Source of the DNA: Octopus vulgaris | Taxonomy: Eukaryota | Assembly: GCA_951406725.2 (NCBI GenBank) | Contig: OX597827.1 | Location: forward strand, 32,488,001-32,552,000 | Length of the DNA stretch: 64,000 bases | Reading direction: 5' to 3' | Part shown: piece by piece, positions 12,560 through 23,884 of the stretch | How positions within the stretch are numbered: position 1 is the first letter of the stretch | Layout: the number at the start of each line of letters is the position of its first letter | The notes under the pieces: model-generated | Databases searched by the model: none | What the model saw: only the letters and a program-made list of their open reading frames with translations | What the model was told of the DNA's origin: nothing | Program-made: the position numbers and the translations under genes

Positions 12560-13618
12560 GTAAGACAGCTAGATTGATGCTGACTTTATTCACCCATTCA
12601 AGTAGACTTACCTTTCGTTCACCAGTCTTTAGTCATCAGCAGGAGACTAACATGTATCCCCTTGTATTCACCCCACCCAAGGTATATTGGGGGAGTTGGT
12701 GGGTAGGAAGTACCAGTTGAATACTGGGGATCAGTGTAATCAACTTACTCCTTACCTCAAAATTGCTGTGATGGTGGTGGTGGCGGTGGCAGCAGCAGCA
12801 AGCAGGCAGAATTGTTATCATGGCTGGCAAAACGCTGAGCAGCATTTTGTCCATTTTCCATGTTCTGAGTCCAGATTGCACCAGGGTTGACTTTGGTTTT
12901 CATCCCTCCGGATAAAACAAGTGCCACTTTAACACTGGAATGGACATAAACACACAAACATTGGTTGTCAAGCAATGGTGGAGTGACAAACACAGACACA
13001 CAAATACATACATATGGGCTCCTTCCAGTTTCCATCTACCAAATCCACTCACAAGGCTTTGGTCAGCCTGAGTTTATAGTAGAAGACACTTGCCCAAGGT
13101 GCCACGCAGTAGGACTGAACCCGGAACCATGTGGTTGGGAAACAAGCTTCCTACACACAGCCATTCCCCCTTTTTTTTTGTCTTGCAAGTTACTTCGTGA
13201 CCCTGTCAGTGCAAGTGCCACTTAAAAAGCACCCAGTGGATACTATAAAGTGGTTGACATTTGGAAGGGCATCCAGCTGTAAAAACCTTGTCAAAACTGA
13301 CCTCACTTTTGCTTGTGCCACATAAGCACTAAGTCCATTCTGCTGAGTGGTTGGTGTTAGGAAGGGCATCCAGCTGTAAAAATCCTGCCAAAACAGTCAC
13401 AGAGGTCTTGTGCAGGCTTCTGCCTGGCCAGCTCCTGTCAAACCGTCCCACCTGTGTCAGCATGGAAGGTGGACATTAAACGATAATGATTATGACAGAT
13501 GAATGTAGAAAAGTCTGAAATTTTCAAGAATGGAAGAGGAACACAAGTAAGATTGTATTGTCTTGTTGAATTTCCTTATTAAACAATGATTAATTGATAA
13601 TGTTTAATTATGTTGCAG

Positions 13619-13771
13619 TTTAATTTAAGATTAACCAAGGTTGATCTGATGACCATCATCAAAAACAATGCTGAGACATCCATTATACATAGAGTGCCTG
13701 GAATCAAACGTTCCATCTTAACAAGCGTCAAAAATGAACTCCATCTGCAGACGGAAGGAATTCACATCAGC
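13619..13771 (+). CDS. POLR1A: POLR1A exon
   Basis: ttgcag acceptor, GTAAGT donor, 153 nt. IIHRVPGIKRSIL...LHLQTEGIHIS (compare RPA1 KGITRC...LNTEGIN). Confidence 0.92.
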
Positions 13772-14681
13772 GTAAGTTTCTATTCTCACTATTGCCTCAC
13801 AGAAAAAGAGATGGAAGAGGTTCAGTTTGTTTGCTGTAGGAAGCTCTGCTCTCTCTCTCTCTCTATTTTTGTCTTTCTCTGTAAGTCTCTCTCCCTTGTT
13901 CTCTTTCTCTTCTCTTTGTCATTCTCTCTCTTTCCCTCTCCACCTTTATTGTTCTCTTTATTTGTCTTTCTGCTCTTCTCTCTCTCTCTCTCTTTTACAC
14001 TCACACACACACACACATTCTCTCTCTCATTCGCAAGGTCAGGAGTTCAAATCCTATCGTAGCTGATTTAAGGGTCAAATGATTAAATTAGTAAACAGTT
14101 TCTAATTCTTAAGCAGTAACTCACCACTTCTGCCGTTGTTACAAGGATTGTCTTATTGAGGTTCCCCGCCTTCTTATTCAAAGAAGATGGTCAGATCTTT
14201 CCAAGTAGTCTTGTAATTGCCTCTCTGCTTGCTTCTTCCTTACAAACTGATCACCATCAGCATCCAATATGCTGTTTGCCTTTATTAGTTGATATTTTTA
14301 TTTGAATAGAAGCTTGCTTTGCATGGCTCCTGTTTCAGTCCTACCTTGAGCAAGTGCCTCCTACCCTAGCCCCAGTGTCTTGTGAGTAAATTCCATAAAT
14401 GGATACTGTGTGTGTGTCTTTGTCCACCATCATTACCACTTGACAACTGGTGTTGGTTTGTTTACATCCCCGTAACCTAGCAGCTTGGCAAAAAGACACT
14501 GATAAAATACCAAACCTAAAGCAAAGTATTGGTGTCAGTGTGCTTCACTAAAACTCTTCTAAGGCCAAGTGCTCCTGTATGGCCACAGCCCAACGACTGA
14601 AATAGTAAATGTTTGTGTGTGTTAAAGAGAGATCTTAAATGTACCATTTTACTGGCATTATTATTCTTTCGTCTTTTGCAG

Positions 14682-14792
14682 TACATTCAGCAGTTTCCTA
14701 ATATTCTTGACATCAATCGCATCTACTGCAACAGTCCAACAATCATGGCACAGGTCTATGGGATAGAAGCTGGGCTAAAGGTCATCATCAAG
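14682..14792 (+). CDS. POLR1A: POLR1A exon
   Basis: ttgcag acceptor, GTGAGT donor, 111 nt. ILDINRIYCNSPTIMAQVYGIEAGLKVIIK contains the conserved YGIEA motif of polymerase largest subunits. Confidence 0.93.
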
Positions 14793-14896
14793 GTGAGTTC
14801 TTTTGTCATGCATAAGTTGCAAAACTTGGATATTATCCCTCCATTGAAGGCTAAAAAAAAATGACATGTAATAATAATAATAATCTTTTCTGGATA

Positions 14897-15257
14897 GGCG
14901 GAGAAGTGGTTGTGTGGTAAGTAGCTTGCTTACCAACCACATGGTTCCGGGTTCAGTCTTGGTCTTCTACTATAGCCTCGGGCCGACCAAAGCCTTGCAA
15001 GTGGATTTGGTAGACAGGAACTGAAAGAAGCCCATCATATATATGTATATATATGTTTGTGTGTCTGTGTTTGTCCCCCCAACATTGCTTGATAACCGGT
15101 GGTGGTGTGTTTACGTCCCCGTAACTTAGTGGTTCAGCAAAAGAGACTGATAGAATAAGTACTAGGCTTACAAAGAATAAGTCCTGGGGTCGATTTGTTA
15201 GACTAAAGGTGGAGCTCCAGCATGGCTGCAGTCAAATGACTGAAACAAGTAAAAGAG
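14897..15257 (+). mobile_element. SINE family A
   Basis: Near full-length copy ending GACTGAAACAAGTAAAAGAG. Confidence 0.85.
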
Positions 15258-15259
15258 TA

Positions 15260-15763
15260 CTAAAAGCACAAGGCCTGAAATTTGGGGGAGGGGACTAGTC
15301 AATTATGTAGGCCTCCCAGTGTGTAATTGGTACTTATTTCATTGACCCCGAAAAGATGAAAGTCAAAGTTGATTTTGGTGGAATTTGAACTCAGTACTCA
15401 ACTGGTACTTAATTTATTGACACCGAAAGGATGCAGAACAAAAAATAACCTTGGTGAAATTTGAACTCGGAATCTGAGGACGGATGAAATACTGCTAAGC
15501 AATTTTGCCTGGCATGCTAACAATTCTGCTAGCTCCCTGCCTTGTGAATATAATTATTTCTACTCTTGGCGCAAGGCCTTGAAAATTTGGAAGGAAGGGG
15601 ACTAGTCAGTTATATAGACCCCCCCCCCCCAGTTATTTCATTGACCCCAAAAGGATGAAAGGCAAAGTTGATCTCTGGAATTTGAACTCAGAGCATAACA
15701 ACAGATAAATTACGACTAAGCATTTCACCTGGTTTGCTAACGGTTCTACCAGCCCACCACCTA
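15260..15763 (-). mobile_element. SINE family B (tRNA head plus Deu/Nin-like central domain), tandem copies
   Basis: Reverse complement of GAGTTCAAATTCC...GACTTTGCCTTTCATCCTTTCGGGGTCGATAAA..AAGTACC. Confidence 0.75.
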
Positions 15764-16005
15764 CAGTGATTCTCAAATGGGGGTCTATATGGCTCTTAGG
15801 GATCCAAAGATTTGGTTGTTAAAATTTATGAGAAATTAACTCGTTATATTTCTACCATAAGCATTTTTTTAAAATACGATTCCTAATATTTACTTGTAAA
15901 AATATAGGAGCTTTTTAGGCATCAAATGGCTCTGAGGGTCTCCCTCCCCTGAGTAAAATAGGAATCAGAGGGGTCCATAGGCAAGAAATGGTTTGAGAAC
16001 TTTTG
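15764..16005. mobile_element. hAT/Charlie-like MITE
   Basis: TIR CAGTGATTCTCAAA / TTTGAGAACTTTTG. Confidence 0.5.
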
Positions 16006-16423
16006 AGTTGGCTGTGTGGTAAGTACCTTGATTACCAACCACATGGTTCTGGGTTCAGTCCCACTGTGTGGCACCTTGGGCAAGTGTCTTCTACTATAGC
16101 CTTGGGCTGACCAAAGCCTTGTCAGTGGATTTGGTGGACGAAAACTGAAAGAAGCCTGTCGTATATGTGTGTGGGTGTATACTAGGCTTAGAAAGAATAA
16201 GTCCTGGGGTCGATTTGCTTGACTAAAGGTGGTGCTTCAGCATGGCCACAGTCAAATGACTGAAACCAGAGAGAGAGAAAGAGAGTAACCCCCAACTCCC
16301 TGCTTTAGTTGGGAAAAGCATCTTGTTGCTAGTGGTGTTGTTTTGTTTGATGGTTTGAATAATGAAATCAAAGAAAGAAAATGTAACAACATTTGGAACT
16401 CATTGCTGTAATTTTACTTTCAG

Positions 16424-16726
16424 GAAATCCAATCTGTCTTTGGAGTTTATGGCATCAAAGTGAATTACCGACATTTGTCTCTCATCGCAGACTATATGGC
16501 ATTTGAAGGTCAATTGACCTTTTTCAATCAAAAAGGCATGCAAGCGTGTCCGTCCCCATTACAATTGATCACTTTTGAGTCAGCTTACCGCGGCATAGCA
16601 AATGCTGCATCTCAACATTTGAAAGACTATTTAAATTCTCCTACCTCTCAGTTAGTTACAGGTAAACTACCCTCGTTCGGCACTGGACACTTTGACATAC
16701 TTTTACCCCTGATACCTGTTAAATAA
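16424..16726 (+). CDS. POLR1A: POLR1A terminal coding exon with TAA stop
   Basis: tttcag acceptor, 303 nt. EIQSVFGVYGIKVNYRHLSLIADYMAFEG...SPLQLITFES...SPTSQLVTGKLPSFGTGHFDIL is typical of the RPA1 C-terminus; no heptad CTD. Confidence 0.95.
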   Translation, partial: EIQSVFGVYGIKVNYRHLSLIADYMAFEGQLTFFNQKGMQACPSPLQLITFESAYRGIANAASQHLKDYLNSPTSQLVTGKLPSFGTGHFDILLPLIPVK

Positions 16727-17193
16727 ATCATTGTTGGGTTTTTTTAAATTTTTATGTTTTGTTTCTATTCATTATTCTTTTATTGGTTTTTAATCATTGA
16801 AACTATTTGCTTTTCCCCATCCCTTCCTGTTTACGGTGCAACCAAACCATCAATACACTATTATCCCATTGGCCAAGAAAAATCATCAATGGTTCATATA
16901 TCACAAAGAAGCAGATTCTTCAAGAAATATTACAAAGTCAGTTAAAACTACTCCCAACTTTGTAGTATATTACTGGTACAAAGGTTAATAGCATGTTCAG
17001 ATGTTGGTCTGTTACTCCTAAAAGCCAACAGTTGGTATCCTGTATATATTTCTATGCTACCAAGTGCCATTACTTATCTCAAATTCTTCAAGTGCTTTCT
17101 CTATGTAAATCTCCCAATCCTGTTAGAAATTTTGATGGAAATACCCTCAATCCAGTATAAAAATCATAGAAATTCCCGATTTTCCATCATGTG

Positions 17194-17199
17194 AATAAA
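17194..17199 (+). promoter_or_regulatory. candidate polyadenylation signal of POLR1A
   Basis: AATAAA about 470 nt after the stop. Another AATAAA overlaps the stop codon at 16722-16727. Confidence 0.4.
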
Positions 17200-17504
17200 A
17201 TTTTCTTGACCAAAATTTACAGTAAAAAAAAGGTAGGTTGATTTATGTCCAAAGATGGCTTTGGAGAACCAAAAATCCCATGTGAAATGTAACAGGATTT
17301 GGAAAGATTGTTTGAATGTTTACATTTACTTGCTACATCAACTTGTATGCCAGAAAATACAGTATAACAACTGCACGAATTTGGATGAAACTTTCTTGCA
17401 TGACATAATGATCATTGGTATACATTGTCAATGTGGCTTTTACCAGTTGCCATGTTACTTTTCTCTGCTCAGGTAGGTTGAATACAAGTGAGTTGATTAC
17501 TTTT

Positions 17505-17837
17505 TGATGTTGCCAGAGCAGCTGACTGGCTTCTGTGCCGGTGGCATGTAAAAAGCACCATTCAAGCGAGGTCGTTGCCAGCGCCGCTGGACTGGCTCCT
17601 GTGCAGGTAGCATGTAAAAAACACTATTTGAGTGTGGCCGTTGCCAGTACCGCCTAACTGGCCCTTGTAAAAGTACCCACTACACTCACGGAGTGATTGG
17701 CATTAGGAAGGGCATCCAGCTGTAGAAACTCTGCCAGATCAGATTGGAGCCTGGTGCAGCCATCTGGTTCACCAGACCTCAGTCGAATCGTCCAACCCAT
17801 GCTAAGCATGGAAAGCGGATGTTAAACGATGATGATG
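17505..17837 (+). mobile_element. SINE-like family C
   Basis: Same modules as 8760-9202; ends AAACGATGATGATG. Confidence 0.8.
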
Positions 17838-18038
17838 TATCACTTCCTGGTCATTGATTTCCTGTCTCAGAGCTGGATTTATGTTCTGGTAGTCTCTTCA
17901 ATTTGGAAGCTGCACAACTATAATCAGAAAAATCATTCCAAGCTATACCTTCATCTCTTCCATTTATATAATAAAGATAGGCTCAGAATCAATAAATCTG
18001 TATAGCGCTTAGATTGCTTGTGTGTACAGATGACACAG

Positions 18039-18460
18039 ATCATCATCATTATCGTTTAACGTCCGGTTTCCATGCTAGCATGGGTTGGACGATTTGACTG
18101 AGGTCTGGCGAACCAGACTCCAATCTGATCTGGCAGAGTTTCTACAGCTGGATGCCCTTCCTAACACCAACCACTCCGAGAGTGTAGTGGGTGCTTTTAC
18201 GTGCCAGGCACGAGGGCCAGTCAGGCGGTACTGGCAACGGCCACGCTCAAATGGCGTTTTTTTATATGCCACCTGTACAGGAGCCAGTCCAGCGGCACTG
18301 GCAACGACCTCACTCGAATGTTTTTTCATGTCCCACCAGTACAAGTGCCAGTAAGGCGATGCAGGTAACGATCACGCTCGAATGGTGTTTTTTTTTTATG
18401 TGCCATCGGCAGGGAGACCAGCTTGTTGCTCTGGCAATGATCACGCTCATATGGTACTCT
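18039..18460 (-). mobile_element. SINE-like family C, inverted relative to 17505-17837
   Basis: Begins CATCATCATTATCGTTTAACGTCC, the reverse complement of the family tail. Confidence 0.8.
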
Positions 18461-18572
18461 TAGCGCTCCACTAAGCAAAGTATTAAAACACCGAGTTTTT
18501 TCATGGCTTCTTTTCTGGTGGAACAGAAAATGCATTTCTATCTATTTGGCTATCATCAGCACCGTGTGCTGC

Positions 18573-18603
<31 letters not shown>

Positions 18604-18860
18604 CCCCGAAATGATTCTTCTCTCCTTTTATTAAAATCAGTATCGAGACGAAAATTGATTACGTGCGACGATGGCCTAAGATAGAACAAAATATACTTTC
18701 ACGTTGCTCCAATCCACTCAGCTGTGACAGACTGGCCTTCTGATCAGGAGAAATGTTGGCCTACTCGCCGAGCCAATAGGATGGCATCATTAGAAAGCAA
18801 AAACGATGTGAAATGCATTGTGACCGGCTGTGTGTAAGAAGATCCGATAGTCTAGTCAAT

Positions 18861-18899
<39 letters not shown>

Positions 18900-18954
18900 G
18901 GGGGGGGGGTGAGAATTCACAAAAAATTAGTTTAACGCTTGGGAAGTGAAAAAG

Positions 18955-18992
18955 TCTTTAACGTTTCGAGCCTACGCTCTTCCACAGAAAGA
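18955..18992 (-). ncRNA. minimal hammerhead-like motif (variant core)
   Basis: Minus strand: TCTTT CTGTGGA A GAGC-GTAG-GCTC GAAA CGTT AAAGA. Stem I 5 bp, stem II 4 bp, palindromic ACGT helix III. Confidence 0.55.
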
Positions 18993-19026
18993 AACAAATA
19001 TACATATATATATATATATATATATA

Positions 19027-19397
19027 GGAGTGGCTGTGTGGTAAGTACCTTGCTTACTAACCACATGGTTCCAGGTTCAGTCCTACTGTGTGGCACCTTG
19101 GGCAAGTGTCTTCTACTATAGCCCTGGGCTGACCAAATCCTTGTGAGTGGATTTGGTAGACGGAGACTGAAAGAAGCCCGTCGTGTGTATATATATATGT
19201 GTGTGTGTGTGTGTGTTTGTCCCCCCAACATTGCTTGACAACCAATGCTGGTGTGTTTAAGCCCCGTAACTTAGCGGTTCGGCAAAAAAAGACTGATAGA
19301 ATAAGTACTAGGCTTACAAAGAATAATTTGCTCGACTAAAGGCGGTGCTCCAGCATCGCCGCAGCCAAATGACTGAAACAAATAAAAGGATAAAAGA
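19027..19397 (+). mobile_element. SINE family A
   Basis: Full head to tail match. Confidence 0.88.
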
Positions 19398-19619
19398 ATA
19401 TATATATATATATATAAACAGCACAAAGACATGAAACTAGGAGTCACGAAAGAAACCGTTGCACACTGAGCAACGCTTTCATTCATTTTAGTCAATTCAA
19501 TGATCGTATGCAAATGTGTGTGTGTTGCGTCCACTTCATTATGTAGCGTCACCATCTACTTTCTTAATGCCTCTACGTACACATGTATGTATGCACTTTC
19601 CTAAAGATTGTTATAAAAC

Positions 19620-20013
19620 AAAAGTAATACAGTTCTATATTTAAGAGATGAGGAATTATGTACATTATTTACATTAGACGGATATTTGTCCTCATCTTTG
19701 TTGTTAACACAACATTTCAGCTGACTTACCCTTCAGCCTTTATCAGGTGTCTTGGAGGAATTTCGATTTATAAGCCCTAAAATTCACTCCACGGGCATAT
19801 GGCGTAGTGGTTAAGACCCCAAGATTCCGAAGTCTATTCCAGGCAGTAACCTGAATAATAATAATAATAACATCGAAATATACCTTAGGAATGAGAACCC
19901 AGGTTCGAAATTTTCCCAAGACACCTGATGAAGGCTGGAGGGAATATCAGCCGAAACGTTCTGTTAACAAGAAACAAGATGAGAACAAATATCTGTCAAA
20001 TGTAAATAATGAA
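19620..20013 (+). mobile_element. composite element: inverted hammerhead-bearing arm, tRNA-like head, (AAT)n, hammerhead-bearing arm
   Basis: 19661-19766 is the reverse complement of 19905-20013. A-box TGGCGTAGTGG at 19800-19810. A second copy lies on the minus strand at 38535-39985. Confidence 0.7.
19920..19965 (+). ncRNA. minimal type-I hammerhead-like motif
   Basis: GACAC CTGATGA A GGCTG-10nt-CAGCC GAAA CGTT CTGTT. The paralogue at 19706-19751 (-) has GTGTT, completing stem I. Confidence 0.65.
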
Positions 20014-20047
20014 CATTAAATTACTTAGAAAAATAATTAAAAAAAGG

Positions 20048-20415
20048 ATTGGCTATGTGGTAAGTAGCTTGCTTATCAAACACATAGTTCCAAGTTCACT
20101 CCCACTGTGTGGCACGTTGGGCAAGTGCCTCGGGCCGACCAAAACCTTGTGAGTGGATTTGGTAGACAGAAACTGAAAGAAGCCTGTCGTATATGTATAT
20201 ATATTTTTGTGTGTCTGTGTTTGTCTCCCCAACATTGCTTGACAACCGATGCTTGTGTGTTTACGTCCCCGTAACTTAACGGTTCGGCAAAAGAGAGACC
20301 TATAGAATAAGTACTAGGCTTACAAAGAATAAGTCCTGGGGTCGATTTGCTTGACTAAAGGCGGTGCTCCAGCATGGCCGCAGTCACATGACTGAAACAA
20401 GTAAAAGAAAGTAAA
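20048..20415 (+). mobile_element. SINE family A
   Basis: Full head to tail match. Confidence 0.88.
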
Positions 20416-21201
20416 AATCGGACTACAGCGGAATTCAGTTGAATAATGTGTGTGTGTGTATGACTTACCGGACCATAAGTGAGGTGTTTGTGCATTGGAA
20501 TGAAACACACAACGGGATTAATGATTGCAGAGTAAAGCATTAAACGTGCAGGTGGGTGAGATCTCTGTTGCTATGCAGAAAGAAAGACGAACGTCTCTGT
20601 TACTTATTCCATACGTGATCAAAGACACGAGAAGTCGAACGACGTGTCACGACTATACGTGATTGCCTCTCCTTTCGTTCATTTTTATCCATTGTGTCGT
20701 ACAAAAATTTTCTGTAGCAACTCTGCGTTTGAATCACCACCTACGTTTAAATGCGTGCGACACTGCCCACTCCATGTCTCCTTACTCCCACAAACGGATT
20801 TATATGCACGCTTACGTCTACATATATGCTTGTATGTATCAACAATTATATTGATAAGGATTATCACGAAGTGGCATAACATTACCTTTAAACGTTTGGA
20901 GTAATTCCTTACTATCTTCCAAGGAATAATGCTCTTAGCTTAGTTTTTCCTTGGGGCTGGCCAGATTGGAGCAATCTCAAGTATAATCAGCCGAAATTGC
21001 GAAGATAATCTGGTACTTGACTGAGGAAAGAAAACTTCGAATGACCTGTCCTTGTTTTCTTTGTATCATCTATCTGGATGTTTTGCGTTCTTGTCCCATT
21101 TTGTATTTTATATATATATAACATTAGGGAGTATAACTCCAAACTTACAGGGAAAAATTCAATTTAGTATTAAATCAAATTTCCCAATATAAATATATCA
21201 T

Positions 21202-21470
21202 ATATAAACTAGAGAAAAAAACACTATTATGCAATTCAAACTATGATAGACATAAACCAAATCATAAATAAAATATATTATAAAATATAACTAGATCACA
21301 AAAAGTATAAAAATGAATAATCAATATATAATAAGTAAAAAGACTACGTGCGTTTCGTGGCTTTTTGTGATCTAGTTATATGTTTTATAAAAATATATTT
21401 TATTTATGATTTGGTTTATGTCTATCATTGTTTGAATTGCATAATAGTGATTTTTTTCTCTAATTTATAT
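21202..21470. repeat. AT-rich inverted repeat, about 105-bp arms
   Basis: 21202-21305 pairs with 21361-21470. Confidence 0.88.
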
Positions 21471-21483
21471 TTTGTGTGTGTGT

Positions 21484-22237
21484 CAGTGGTAACTCCGGCA
21501 CTCGGGTTGTTCGGGCTTAACCCGAGTATAAATTTAGTAAAGTGAACGTGTATTTGCCAGCTGATTTTATTTCTGCTAGCATTGACTGCAAGTTTGTAAT
21601 TGCAGCCAATAACTTGGGCTCTTTTTATTGACCCTATTCGTAGTTCATCTATTTTCCTTCAGCGTCTGGCGGTCATCTTAGAGGTGCCCTGTCAAAAACT
21701 ATCATTCGTAGCGGACGTTCTCTCGACATTGTTCACATGCGCTTGGCTCTGGCTCAGAAGTTACAGCCCGAGTTGTTATCTATAATCGCAAAAATTAAAA
21801 GCAATTCAAATTAATTTTTTTCTTGAAATAATAAATTTCTATCGGGGTTGGGATTTAAATTCTAATCTATGAAAAGTTTCCGTTCTACAATATTCTTAAA
21901 AAAACGAAATATTATCCAGCAACTCGGGCTAAAATGAACGAGCCTTGTAGGTGTAGAAAACTAACTGGTATCGCTTGTCAAGAGTTCAGGCGACAGTCAG
22001 ATCGCTGATGCTTCTTGTGCACTCTGCTGTCGTTATTTGGTTGGTGTTATTCTGTGTGTAAAGATCAGTTGTTTTGCAGGGTTGCTTTATTTTTACCCTT
22101 AACTTAGAAGTGGAGAAAGAAAAAATAAGCTATTTGGGGTTAGAAACATTGCGGGAAAACGTGGAACGAGCAGGCATGTATCACATGCGAAATCTGTGAT
22201 GAGCTCGAGTGACGCTGCTGACTTGGAGTCGCCTCTG
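21484..22237 (+). mobile_element. about 750-bp non-autonomous DNA transposon (CAG-terminal TIR), copy 1
   Basis: Termini CAGTGGTAACTCC / GGAGTCGCCTCTG. Colinear along its length with 42167-42921 in reverse. Confidence 0.8.
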
Positions 22238-22342
22238 ATTATACATTATATATATATATATATATATATATGGCACAATCCCTTCCAGGATCTTATATAT
22301 ATATATATTTAAGGAACTCTGGTGTGTGTGTGTATATATATA

Positions 22343-22656
22343 TCGTGAATTATATTTTCCACCTAAATGTGGCTAACTCATAAGGGTGGATGCTACTGAA
22401 GGTTGTAGCCCCATGAAGACATCTCCTCCAGCTGGCTATTGACACACTTTCTGTGCCCTATCAGTATTTACAAAGGGAAGTCATCGTTCCCACGTCAGGT
22501 TAGAGATGGGAAGGATGACTTCCCTTTGCACATACTAATAGGGCACAGAAAGTGTGTCAATAGCCAGCTGGAGGAGATGTCTTCCTGGGGCTACAAGCTA
22601 CAGTAGCATCCACCCTTAAGGGTTAGCCACATTTAGGTGGAAAATATAATTCACGA
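22343..22656. repeat. long near-perfect palindrome, 150-bp arms with 14-nt loop
   Basis: 22343-22492 is the reverse complement of 22507-22656 with few mismatches. Confidence 0.93.
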
Positions 22657-22920
22657 CGTCGTGCTGCTACTGTTTACATTTTGCTCAGAAATTTATTATT
22701 GCTTATATATATCTTTTACTTGTCTCAGTCTTTAGTCTGCGGCCATGCTGGGGTTTATATATACGAGTTGGTGGACAAACGAAGGAAAGAGACACTCAAC
22801 ACATTTGATAGCAGTTCTATTATTATGTAACCTAATATATATGATCAACATACGAATCTTTAAGTTACATGGGGTCAAATGAAGCTGCATTTTTCAAATA
22901 ATAATAATAATAATAATAAT

Positions 22921-23523
22921 TGGCATATTACCAGCCAATGTACGCCACTAACCCAGAAGGAATATAAGAGACGCAACGACAAAATAGCCAGGCTTGTCCA
23001 TTGGACACTTTACAATAAGTATGGACTTGACAGAGCAAAAAATTGGTACGACCACAAACTGAAGGCATCGTCGAAAATGGAAATGCAAAGATCCTATGGG
23101 ATTTTATGATTCAGTGCGACCATGAGATAGAGAATAGGAAGCCAGACATAGTCTTAATTGAGAAAGGAAACAAACTATGCTGGATCATAGATATAGCATG
23201 CCCAGCTGATAACAAGGTATGCGATAAAGAAGAAAGAAAAGTTGATAGATATGACAGGTTAGCTTGGGAGGTTAAAGGAGTTGTGGTCGATGAAAAGGTG
23301 GTAGAAGTACCAATAATTGTCGGAGCCCTTGGAACAGTGAGCAAAAACCTCGAGAAGTATGTGGAACAAATAGGGGCTGCAATAAGGGTGGAGCTCTTGC
23401 ACTGCTTGAAACCGCTCGAATACTCCGGAAGATGCTCGAAAAATAAAGGTTGTTACCTTAGTTCACTGGTAGTGAACAGCTGACACCGTAGTACATCTCC
23501 AGCGTTAGAAACCGTGCAAAGGC
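22921..23523 (+). mobile_element. 3' fragment of an R4/Dong-like non-LTR element (restriction-like endonuclease) inside (AAT)n
   Basis: HITSQC...EYKRRNDKIARLVHW, KPDIVL..IIDIACP (PD-D RLE), KVDRY, VPIIVGALG. (AAT)n directly on both sides. Confidence 0.8.
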
Positions 23524-23580
23524 AATAATAATAATGATTAAAGAAAGGCATCAGAAGGGTGGGGAGCATAGCCTGCATGC

Positions 23581-23865
23581 ACACAAGGATAAAATAAAAT
23601 TTAATTTAATAATCTCAGACGAATCCATATTTCAACAAAATTATATCGAGAGTTATTTACATTGCATATCGTTTATGCATAAGTAACAAAGCAAAAAGAA
23701 CATTTTGATTTATCAAACGAAAATCTAATGAGTTCGAGTCACTCACCCAGTGAGTATTTCGGCCAAATTTGGTGAAAATCTGTTCAGCCGTTTTCCAGTA
23801 ATTTTGCAAACACACAAAGATGAACGTCTACAATACCCTACTTTCGCTTACGCGCGCAGGGTATT
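23581..23865 (+). mobile_element. Helentron/DINE-1-like non-autonomous element
   Basis: Core AAATTTGGTGAAAATCTGTTCAGCCGTTT and terminal stem-loop ATACCCT...AGGGTAT next to TT. Confidence 0.4.
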
Positions 23866-23884
23866 AATAATAAGAAGAAATCGA

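Noticed and set aside
20885-20924. Further degenerate hammerhead-like layouts (20885-20924 -, 7921-7966 -, 47801-47835 -)
   Set aside because: Stem II is plausible but the core halves are mutated or truncated; cannot be supported without a family consensus.
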